DNA from: Clostridiales bacterium
Lineage (GTDB): Bacteria > Bacillota > Clostridia > Christensenellales > CAG-314
Assembly (NCBI GenBank): GCA_004558105.1
Contig: SFEB01000004.1
Coordinates: 5,120 to 69,119 of the forward strand
Direction: 5' to 3'
Length of the DNA stretch: 64,000 nt
In this document: one piece after another, positions 37,380 to 45,010 of the stretch
How the letters are laid out: every line of letters starts with the position of its first letter
Position numbering within the stretch: the first letter of the stretch is position 1
The notes under the pieces: generated by a model
Seen by the model: the letters and a program-made list of their open reading frames with translations, nothing else
What the model was told of the DNA's origin: nothing
Database searches by the model: none
Position numbers and translations under genes: made by a program

Positions 37380-37656
37380 TGACGCTTTTGTATGGTTTGT
37401 TTTGGTTTTTTTTGCGTTATTTTTTCATTTTTTTGTGGGATATATTTACTTGTTTTGAGTGCTATTTTACTTTTTTGGAATAAAATTGGCATTATATCGA
37501 TGTTTTTTGGCTCAACATGGCTGTTTCCGATGTTTTTATTTGGTATCCGGGCTTAGATAAGTCTTAACCATATCGAGTAGCAATTTATTTGTACTGCTGT
37601 GCTCTGTTTTTTTGCATGTTTGTTTTGTCCGATTATTGATAAATTGCTTTAAATAA

Positions 37657-37695
37657 AAAATAATCTACACTTACATATTAAATGTAGATTATTTT
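37657..37695. terminator. Bidirectional AT-rich hairpin terminator at the right edge of the gene desert
   Basis: 13-bp stem AAAATAATCTACA / TGTAGATTATTTT with a 13-nt loop. It lies about 170 nt downstream of the yitT-family stop on the minus strand. Confidence 0.55.
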
Positions 37696-37866
37696 CATAT
37701 AAATGCTTAATATTTACGTTTTTTAATTAGTGTTTTGGATGTTATCTTGTAAATATTGTTTTGGATCGTGAACAATTCGCTTAAAAGTTTGCCTTTGTGT
37801 ATACTCTTTAAAAGTCTTTGTGACGTTATCTTGTGCGGTCTACCTGTTGCTTAGTCATCTTGTGGG

Positions 37867-38760
37867 TTATTTTATCTTTTTAAAATTACCTACCGTTTCG
37901 TTGACGTTTTCTGCCACGGCAAAAGTATTGTCGTATTTTTTTATTATCGATTGAAAATCAACCATCTGGTGCTTGTTGACGACGCAAAGTAAAATACTTT
38001 TTTCCTGTTGAGAGTATCCTCCGTATCCTACTATCCTGGTAGAGGTATGCTTCAATTTTGTAATAATTTCATCATTGATTTCTTCTGCGTGAGTCGTTAC
38101 CACGATAAATTTACATGCCGTTTTACAACCTCTGAGGATAAGATTACCTATAAAGTTTGATATAAAGGCGTAAGCGATACATTTGCATACCGGAAGGTAA
38201 TTCAATGCAATTTCGCTTGTTTTTTCGTTGATATCGGCGTAAACAAACAGCGAAGCTACGGCAACGGCGGCGTTTATTACGAAAGTGACGTAAAAAAAGT
38301 TCCACTGCGGCTTTTTGATACTTAAGAATTTTGACACCACGTCGGTACCGCCGGTAGACGCGCTCGCTTTGTACAAAAAGCCCGATACTACGCCGCATAT
38401 TGCCCCGGCTATAACGGCAGGAAAGACGTCGGTATCGGCGGCAACGTATTTAAAACGTTGTATATCCCATGCGCCCATCAAAAGGTAGAATAAAGAATAC
38501 GCCACGCAAAAAGTAAGCGTTTTGGCGGCATACTTTTTATCGATGAAGAAAAACGCAAATACGCACAGCGGAACGTTAATAATAAGAGACATGTATCCGA
38601 TACTGAATCCGCATTTATATTGTATCATCGTAGCGATGCCGTTAATGCCTGCCGGCGCAAAGTTGTTTTCTACGATAAAAAGCCGATAATCGAGCGCCAG
38701 CACTGCGCCCAAAACGATGACGAAAGCGTATTCTTTCGCCTTTGAAATAATTTTTTTCAT
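37867..38760 (-). CDS. YitT family membrane protein (DUF161 repeats plus C-terminal DUF2179)
   Basis: 297 aa, polytopic. Family hallmark STGGTDV. The C-terminal soluble domain (TRIVGYGGYSQQEKSILLCVVNKHQMVDFQSIIKKYDNTFAVAENVNETVGNF) fits DUF2179. Confidence 0.75.
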   Translation of the reverse strand: MKKIISKAKEYAFVIVLGAVLALDYRLFIVENNFAPAGINGIATMIQYKCGFSIGYMSLIINVPLCVFAFFFIDKKYAAKTLTFCVAYSLFYLLMGAWDIQRFKYVAADTDVFPAVIAGAICGVVSGFLYKASASTGGTDVVSKFLSIKKPQWNFFYVTFVINAAVAVASLFVYADINEKTSEIALNYLPVCKCIAYAFISNFIGNLILRGCKTACKFIVVTTHAEEINDEIITKLKHTSTRIVGYGGYSQQEKSILLCVVNKHQMVDFQSIIKKYDNTFAVAENVNETVGNFKKIK

Positions 38761-39036
38761 TAAAAAAGCCCTCTTTCCCTAAAGAAAAAGGACACAACAA
38801 ACCTGTCGTCAGAACGACCTATCGGACAAATCGGTTGTATCCTCCTCACCAAAGAATATTTCCCTTCACATGCGGCAGGTCTCCTGACTCGTGATTTGCA
38901 CCGGGCAACCCGGAGCAAACGGATTCCTTCTCGGACGACGTCCAATGGGTAACAATCCTTTAACACTTACAGTAGTGGTAGCTGTCCCGGTTTTTCACCG
39001 GGTTCCCTCTTTTCGGCGCGAAAAACGCACCGCATG
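38761..39036 (-). promoter_or_regulatory. Cobalamin (B12) riboswitch with expression platform
   Basis: Minus-strand RNA contains AGAGGGAACCCGGUGAAAAACCGGGACAGCUACCACUACUGUAA. It also contains CAUUGGACGUCGUCCGAGAAGG and the B12 box AGUCAGGAGACCUGCC. P1 is closed by CAUGCGG (39036-39030) pairing with CCGCAUG (38875-38869). A downstream hairpin UUUUCUUU-AGGG-AAAGAGGG plus a U-run overlaps the SD. Confidence 0.85.
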
Positions 39037-39051
39037 TTTATTGACCGTATA

Positions 39052-39080
39052 GTTTTATCATACGCCGATAACTTTGTCAA
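39052..39080 (-). promoter_or_regulatory. Promoter of the riboswitch-yitT transcript
   Basis: Minus strand reads TTGACA, a 17-nt spacer ending in TGA, then TAAAAC (extended -10). It lies about 10-15 nt upstream of riboswitch P1. Confidence 0.5.
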
Positions 39081-39100
39081 GTAAATACCTTTTAAAAAAC

Positions 39101-39132
39101 AAAAAATCCGGTTTTTTTCGACCGGATTTTTT
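39101..39132. terminator. Bidirectional terminator after cvpA
   Basis: Stem ATCCGGT / ACCGGAT with an 8-nt loop, flanked by AAAAAA and TTTTTT. Confidence 0.75.
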
Positions 39133-39201
39133 CCCTGTTTTTTTATTTTTAAACGACTTTTCGGCTACCCGTGTGCGCTGTTTTTGCTTTAATACCGTTC
39201 G

Positions 39202-39927
39202 TCAGCCAACGGAAATTTTCGTCAGCACCCATTCGACTATCGGTTTTAAAATACTGCTGCCTATCGCGCTTTCGGTAAATACGGCGTTGCTGACAAAGTT
39301 TCCGATAAATCCGACAAAACTGCCGACTATCGTTAAAACGGCAAGAACACAGACGACTATCGCCGTTATTTTTATTCCGCCCATTGCCATCCCAAGCAGA
39401 CGGTTGATGGTGTTCAATCCCGCTATTTTAGCAACTTTTTTCAATATCGCTTTCAGGATCGCTATCACTATCATTATCAAAATGAACAGAACGATAAAAA
39501 CCAGCACGTTGTTTACCGTTTGCGTCAACTGTTGAGGCAAAACTTCTCTGAGCGTCGTTTCTCCTTCCGGAAAATTCTTAAAAATCCCGTTAAACAAGCC
39601 TAATTCCACGATAAATCCGGGAACGCCCAATTGTTTTATAACTTCGTTTGTTTTTTCTTTATTTTCCTCAACGTCGCTCCAGTTGACCGGCATATCGTAA
39701 TATTCGCTGCCACCCAGTTTTTCGTCGGCAATTTGTTCTATTTTCGTATATATAGCTCCGCTGTCGTCGGGAAAAATTTTCGCTACCGAACCGCACAAAG
39801 AAGTTGAAAGGTAAATAGCGACAAATACCCCAAGTAAACCGAATAATTGATCGACAAAACCTTTTACGGCGCCTATTATCATAAAGACCGCAAGCACTAT
39901 TAAAAACGCTACGTCAAACCAGTTCAT
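39202..39927 (-). CDS. cvpA: CvpA family membrane protein
   Basis: 241 aa. N-terminus MNWFDVAFLIVLAVFMIIGAVKGF is typical of the colicin V production protein family. Confidence 0.75.
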   Translation of the reverse strand: MNWFDVAFLIVLAVFMIIGAVKGFVDQLFGLLGVFVAIYLSTSLCGSVAKIFPDDSGAIYTKIEQIADEKLGGSEYYDMPVNWSDVEENKEKTNEVIKQLGVPGFIVELGLFNGIFKNFPEGETTLREVLPQQLTQTVNNVLVFIVLFILIMIVIAILKAILKKVAKIAGLNTINRLLGMAMGGIKITAIVVCVLAVLTIVGSFVGFIGNFVSNAVFTESAIGSSILKPIVEWVLTKISVG

Positions 39928-39980
39928 TATTTTTCTCTCCTTTTTTTATACCCGTGTATCGTTTTACGGCGTTTTTCCTT

Positions 39981-41345
39981 TTATTTTCCGAAAATCATGT
40001 CTTTTATATCTTTTGCCTGCGCCGCATATCTGGGGTCGTTGGCAACGAGGTCCGCCATCTTATCTCTCGTATACATTATCGTTGTGTGATCTCTTCCGCC
40101 GAAGTACTGACCTATCGACAACAAGGGGAGAGTAAGCAACTCAGTAACAAGATATACGCACATTTGTCTGGGTTCTACTATTTCTTTTGTCTTTTTTTTG
40201 CCTATTATATCTTTTTTTGTAACGTTGGGGTAATATTTACAGACGCAATCAACTATTTTATCGATTGTAACGAGTTCCGTTTTATCGTCGTTATAATCTT
40301 TCAAAGCCGAATTTACGACTTCCATATCGTTGACGTTTTTACAGATAAGTTGCGAATAGCAGATTATTTTAGTAAGAACGCCTTTCATTTCTCTGATATT
40401 CGTCGTAACCTTATTGGCTATAAGTTTTAATATTTCGTCGTCGATATTTTGTTTTTCCGCCAACGCCTCGCTTTTTAAAATTGCTATTCTTGTTTCCAAA
40501 TCGGGTTCGCTTATATCCGCCACCACGCCGCCCTGAAAACGCGTTCTCAATCTTTCTTCCAACGGCGCTATTTCCTGAGGCGGGCGGTCGGAACAAATGA
40601 TAATTTGTTTATCTTTGTAGTACAAATCGTTGAAGGTGTGGAATAATTCTTCTTGCGTGGATACCGTCTTAGCTATAAACTGAATATCGTCTATCATCAA
40701 AACGTCTACGCTGCGGTATCTCTTTCGGAATTCCTTCATTTCGTCGGTATGCTTATTACCGCGCAACGCTTCAATCAGTTCGTTCGTAAACCGTTCGCAA
40801 CTGATATTCATACACCTCAGTTTCGGATTGGTTTTTCTTATATGATTGCCTATTGCGTTAAGCAAGTGTGTTTTTCCGAGTCCGACGCCGCCGTATATAA
40901 ACAACGGGTTATATTTCGTTCCTGGGTTTTGCGCTACAGCCTTACTCGCTGCCGCGGCAAACTCGTTGCTTTTGCCGACGATAAAATTGTCGAAGGTACA
41001 CTTTGGAGAAAAACTGCAAGTCGTTTCTTCCACGATTATGTTTTCACTGTTTATTTCGCCTATATCCGCATTAGCGTATTTTTCGTATTTTTCCCTTTCT
41101 TCCTCTAAAATAAACAGCACACCCTCGTTGTGAGGCATTACTTTTTTACAACTTTCGGAAATAACGTCGATATATCTTTCTTCCACGACTCGTTTTTTTG
41201 CGGAATTCTCGCACAACAAGACCACGTTATCCTCGTATATACATACGGGTACCAATCCTTCTATCCATGATTCGTAAGCAAACGCGGTAACGCGCGCCTG
41301 AATTTCTATCAATACGTTTTCCCATACCTGTGTAGTTGAAATCAT
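39981..41345 (-). CDS. dnaA: Chromosomal replication initiator protein DnaA
   Basis: 454 aa. Walker A GGVGLGKTHLL, Walker B LMIDDIQF, sensor and box VII regions, and the C-terminal DNA-binding domain (GGRDHTTIMY). Confidence 0.95.
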   Translation of the reverse strand: MISTTQVWENVLIEIQARVTAFAYESWIEGLVPVCIYEDNVVLLCENSAKKRVVEERYIDVISESCKKVMPHNEGVLFILEEEREKYEKYANADIGEINSENIIVEETTCSFSPKCTFDNFIVGKSNEFAAAASKAVAQNPGTKYNPLFIYGGVGLGKTHLLNAIGNHIRKTNPKLRCMNISCERFTNELIEALRGNKHTDEMKEFRKRYRSVDVLMIDDIQFIAKTVSTQEELFHTFNDLYYKDKQIIICSDRPPQEIAPLEERLRTRFQGGVVADISEPDLETRIAILKSEALAEKQNIDDEILKLIANKVTTNIREMKGVLTKIICYSQLICKNVNDMEVVNSALKDYNDDKTELVTIDKIVDCVCKYYPNVTKKDIIGKKKTKEIVEPRQMCVYLVTELLTLPLLSIGQYFGGRDHTTIMYTRDKMADLVANDPRYAAQAKDIKDMIFGK

Positions 41346-41757
41346 TTTTTTATTTCCCTTTGTTAAAATTTAGATACTTTCACTTATAAAATAATTGTAA
41401 CATAAGAATTCGTTTTGTCAACTTAATATTTTTATCTTTTCGTTAATTTTTTTTATAAATTTTTCTTGTGTTTTTATCAACGCTTGCTTTTTAACGGGTT
41501 TTGGTGTATAATAACTAACCGAAAAATCTTTTTATTTTTTTTTCCACAAATTAAAGATTAAAATCTTGATACTTTGTGAATAAAAAACCGACTTATTAAA
41601 GATTTTTCCATACTCGTTTTAAGGAAAAAGAACATCGTTTTTTGCTTTATTTTTAAAGACGTTTATCTTCTTTAAAAAAAAGTTTTCAACAATTCTACAT
41701 TACCTACTGTTACTACTACTTAATCAAAGAACCTTAATAAAAAGGAGGACGGAAAAA
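41346..41757. other. oriC: AT-rich dnaA-dnaN intergenic region, candidate oriC
   Basis: 412 bp, very AT-rich. One-mismatch DnaA boxes TTTTCCACA (41540-41548) and TGTGAATAA (41575-41583), plus several two-mismatch boxes. Plus-strand promoter TTGCTT-17-TATAAT at about 41485-41513. Trinucleotide-periodic run TAC TGT TAC TAC TAC TTA at 41705-41722. Confidence 0.5.
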
Positions 41758-42861
41758 ATGAAATTAATTTGCGAAGGTCTCGATTTAAGCGACGCCATCA
41801 ATAAAGTCAGCAGAGCGTTACCCGCCAAAGCGGTAAACCCCATACTCGAAGGTATTCTTTTTTCGGCAAAAGGAACGAAACTTACGGTTTACGCTTCCGA
41901 TACGGAGATATCAATCAAAAAGACGATAAACGCCGAAATAATAGAAGAAGGTTCTATACTTTTACCCGGAAGATTTATAGGAGAATACATGCGTAAACTT
42001 TCCGATCAACAGATAGAACTTTTCACCAACGAAAAAAATCAGTTGCGTATAAAATACGGAGACAGCGAAGGATTCGTACAGGTACTGGATAAAAACGAAT
42101 ATCCGTTTAACGAACAGGGAAAAGGCGATTATAAAGTCACGATAAATCAAAAAGACCTTAAAGACGCGATAGAAAAAACGATATTTTCAGTCGCACAGGA
42201 CGACACCCGTCCTGTGTTAAAAGGTTGTTTAATGGAATTTGAGGGCAGACGTATGACGGTTGTCGCGCTTGACGGATACCGTCTTGCGTTAGTTAAAAAG
42301 CCCTTAACGCAGGAAGCGGAAAAGAAAAACATAATAGTACCTGCAAGAAGTTTATACGAAGCGTCCCGCCTGATGGAAAGTCAGGAAGACGAAGCGGAAA
42401 TGTTCGTTACCGACAAACAGGTAGTGTTCGATATCAAAGATACGGAAGTTACCGCGCGTTTAATAAACGGAGAATTCGTAAATTATCGTCAGATATTGCC
42501 CGACAACTACGTTTCCAACGTCGTAATAAACAAAAAACAGTTTGAAGAAAGTTTAGACAGAGCGAGCCTTCCCAGCCGTCAGGAAAAAAACAATCTAGTA
42601 AAGCTAGAAGTAAAAGAAAAAGTCATTACCATCAGCGGAACGTCGGAGTTAAGTAATATAAAAGAGAATCTCGCAATAAGTCTTAAAGGTAAGGACATAA
42701 CCATAGCGTTTAACGCAAAGTATCTTGCCGACTGTCTGAGAGTGATGGAAAACGAGTTTATAAAGATAAACTTTACGTCTTCGGTATCCAGCACGACAAT
42801 TACCCCGTGCGAGTCCGACGAATGTTTGTATCTGGTTTTACCCGTAAGATTAGTAGGCTAA
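41758..42861 (+). CDS. dnaN: DNA polymerase III subunit beta (sliding clamp)
   Basis: 367 aa. Typical three-domain clamp pattern (MKLICEGLDL..., LDGYRLA, INGEFVNYRQILP). SD AAAGGAGG. Confidence 0.95.
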   Translation: MKLICEGLDLSDAINKVSRALPAKAVNPILEGILFSAKGTKLTVYASDTEISIKKTINAEIIEEGSILLPGRFIGEYMRKLSDQQIELFTNEKNQLRIKYGDSEGFVQVLDKNEYPFNEQGKGDYKVTINQKDLKDAIEKTIFSVAQDDTRPVLKGCLMEFEGRRMTVVALDGYRLALVKKPLTQEAEKKNIIVPARSLYEASRLMESQEDEAEMFVTDKQVVFDIKDTEVTARLINGEFVNYRQILPDNYVSNVVINKKQFEESLDRASLPSRQEKNNLVKLEVKEKVITISGTSELSNIKENLAISLKGKDITIAFNAKYLADCLRVMENEFIKINFTSSVSSTTITPCESDECLYLVLPVRLVG

Positions 42862-42884
42862 AAAAAGAAAAACATTCAAAATAT

Positions 42885-42913
42885 TTGACAAAAGAACTTA
42901 AAAACACTATAAT
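42885..42913 (+). promoter_or_regulatory. Consensus sigma-A promoter of rpmH-rnpA
   Basis: TTGACA, a 17-nt spacer, then TATAAT. Both hexamers are perfect. Confidence 0.7.
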
Positions 42914-42976
42914 ATTTCAGCTGTACTTTTTTAGGTACGTTAAAAAGAAATCTACGGATAAAAGGAGTATATAAAA

Positions 42977-43111
42977 ATGAAAAGAACTTACCAACCCAAA
43001 AAGAGACAACGCAATAAGGTACATGGCTTTCGTAAAAGAATGTCCACCACCGGCGGAAGAAGAACGTTAGCCCGCAGACGCAACAAGGGCCGCAAAAAAT
43101 TGTCGGCTTAA
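42977..43111 (+). CDS. rpmH: 50S ribosomal protein L34
   Basis: Own translation: [44 protein letters not shown] (44 aa), below the ORF-track size cutoff. SD AAAGGAG. Confidence 0.95.
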   Translation: MKRTYQPKKRQRNKVHGFRKRMSTTGGRRTLARRRNKGRKKLSA

Positions 43112-43130
43112 TCGGCGCGTAACGTAAAGA

Positions 43131-43460
43131 GTGAAAAAGATTTATCGTTTAAAAAGCAATTTGCAGTATAAAATGGTATACAAAAAGGGTAACGTCTTGT
43201 CTAACAAGGCGTTTACTCTCATTTTTGTTAGAAACAATTTTAATACGGCAAAGTTTGGTTTTAATATTTCAGGCAAATACGGCAAAGCCGTCAAACGCAA
43301 CAAACTCCGCAGACAACTGAAAGCCGTCTGTTCGGAATTTGCGGCGACAACAAAGGCGGGTTTTTACGTTTTACGGCCTCGCTTTTATGCTTGCGATGCG
43401 CCGACTTTTGAAGTATTGAAAAAAAGCGTAAAAGAGCTTTTTGACCGGGTAGACAAATGA
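43131..43460 (+). CDS. rnpA: Ribonuclease P protein component
   Basis: 109 aa, GTG start, basic. The RNR-like motif KAVKRNKLRRQLK is present. Position after rpmH. Confidence 0.9.
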   Translation: MKKIYRLKSNLQYKMVYKKGNVLSNKAFTLIFVRNNFNTAKFGFNISGKYGKAVKRNKLRRQLKAVCSEFAATTKAGFYVLRPRFYACDAPTFEVLKKSVKELFDRVDK

Positions 43461-43699
43461 AGTACGTATGCATTGCTTTGTTAAAACTCTACAAAGCGAC
43501 GATAAGTAAAATAAAACCTAAAACCTGTCGTTTTCAGCCGTCTTGTTCGGTTTATTCTATGGAAAGTTATTATTATCACGGGTTTTTTAAAGGGACGTGG
43601 CTGACAATCAAAAGATTGTTCAGGTGTAATCCGTGGTCAAAGGGCGGGTTTGATCCGACACCGTACGACTATAAGGGAGTTATTAAATGGTCAATTTAA
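43457..43699 (+). CDS. yidD: Membrane protein insertion efficiency factor YidD
   Basis: 80 aa. Signature CRFQPSCSVY ... RCNPW. Confidence 0.9.
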   Translation: MKYVCIALLKLYKATISKIKPKTCRFQPSCSVYSMESYYYHGFFKGTWLTIKRLFRCNPWSKGGFDPTPYDYKGVIKWSI

Positions 43700-45009
43700 C
43701 GCAATTATTGAGCGTCGGCATTGACGCCGTCGTTACCGTATTGGAAAAATGGGGCGTAACGGGGTTGAATATCAATTTTGATTTTCAGGCTTCGGAAAAC
43801 CTTATTTCCAGATTGTTGATGTGGATATACGGGTGGATGGGTAACTACGGATGGACGATAATTTTATTCACCGTCGTACTCAGACTAATTACGCTTCCGT
43901 TGGACTTCTGGCAAAAGTTTTCAATGAAGAAAAACAGTAAAATAATGGAAGAAATTACTCCCATTATGACCAAAATAGATAAGGCTTACGGCGATAACGT
44001 GCAGGCAGCCAACGCCGAGAAACAAAAGATAATGAAAAAGTACCGCTACAACCCGGCGGCGTCATGTTTGCCGATGTTGGTTACTATGGTGGTCTTTATC
44101 ATTATGTTCAGCGGTCTCAACAACTGCAGCAGCGCGCTCAATATAAAAACGTATCAGAGTATTCAGGAAGCGTACCTTCGCGGATATTATTCCGTAATAA
44201 CCGACGAAACAAAAACGGGCGTTGCCATATTGGACAACGAGGGCAACGAAATTTTAAACAAAGACGGTCAACCTACCACTTTGATTTATTACGCGGAATG
44301 GAAAAACAATAAAACTACGGAAAACGAAAACGAATTTACTACGGCGCAGGTAACGGCGTTGAATGCGGCGTATAACGCCGTGACGACCGAGGCTGAGTAC
44401 AAAGCGAAAAGAGACGCTGTCATGATATTCAGCGAAAGCGGCGAAGGGTTTTTGTGGATAAAGAGTTTGTGGCGCAGCGACAACTGGCAAAAAGTTTTAC
44501 CGGACAACGCAACCAAGTTTGCGAGTACGTTGTCGGGAAATAAAGACGTTTCGGGGCTTACAAGCGACGTTATATACGACAGTATTTACGATGCGTTTAC
44601 CAATCCGGACAAGTATTTCGATACCAACGACCCCGTTCAGGCAGAACAGTTGGTAAAAGCCAAAAAATCACTCGGTTACGGCAAAGGAATGTGGAACGGG
44701 TTGCTTATTTTGCCTGTTCTGGCTATCGCGCTGACATGGCTGACAACAAAAATTAACGGTAAAAACCAAGGAACGGTAGGCACGGGGGCGCAACTCGAAT
44801 CCGCGCAAAAACAACAGAAGACGATGACGATAATTATGCCCGTTATGATGGGTATATTTGCGTTGTTTTATTCCGCGGCGTTTGCGTTATACCTCGTTGC
44901 GAGCAACGCTATCAGTATACTGTTTAACCTTATCGAGACACCTCTCGTAAACAAGATGGCGGAAAAAACGAAGAGCGTCATAAAAAACGACGCAAGTTAT
45001 AGGAGATAA
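43687..45009 (+). CDS. yidC: Membrane protein insertase YidC (long form with large inserted loop)
   Basis: 440 aa. Conserved core (GWTIILFTVVLRLITLPL, KKYRYNPAASCLPMLV, C-terminal TMs) interrupted by an insertion of about 170 aa. Confidence 0.85.
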   Translation: MVNLTQLLSVGIDAVVTVLEKWGVTGLNINFDFQASENLISRLLMWIYGWMGNYGWTIILFTVVLRLITLPLDFWQKFSMKKNSKIMEEITPIMTKIDKAYGDNVQAANAEKQKIMKKYRYNPAASCLPMLVTMVVFIIMFSGLNNCSSALNIKTYQSIQEAYLRGYYSVITDETKTGVAILDNEGNEILNKDGQPTTLIYYAEWKNNKTTENENEFTTAQVTALNAAYNAVTTEAEYKAKRDAVMIFSESGEGFLWIKSLWRSDNWQKVLPDNATKFASTLSGNKDVSGLTSDVIYDSIYDAFTNPDKYFDTNDPVQAEQLVKAKKSLGYGKGMWNGLLILPVLAIALTWLTTKINGKNQGTVGTGAQLESAQKQQKTMTIIMPVMMGIFALFYSAAFALYLVASNAISILFNLIETPLVNKMAEKTKSVIKNDASYRR

Positions 45010-45010
45010 A

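Noticed and set aside
41705-41722. TAC trinucleotide run next to dnaN as a DnaA-trio array
   Set aside because: The periodicity is suggestive, but the bases do not match the published trio consensus (3'-G/A-A-T-5') on either strand. It is kept only as a note within the oriC candidate.
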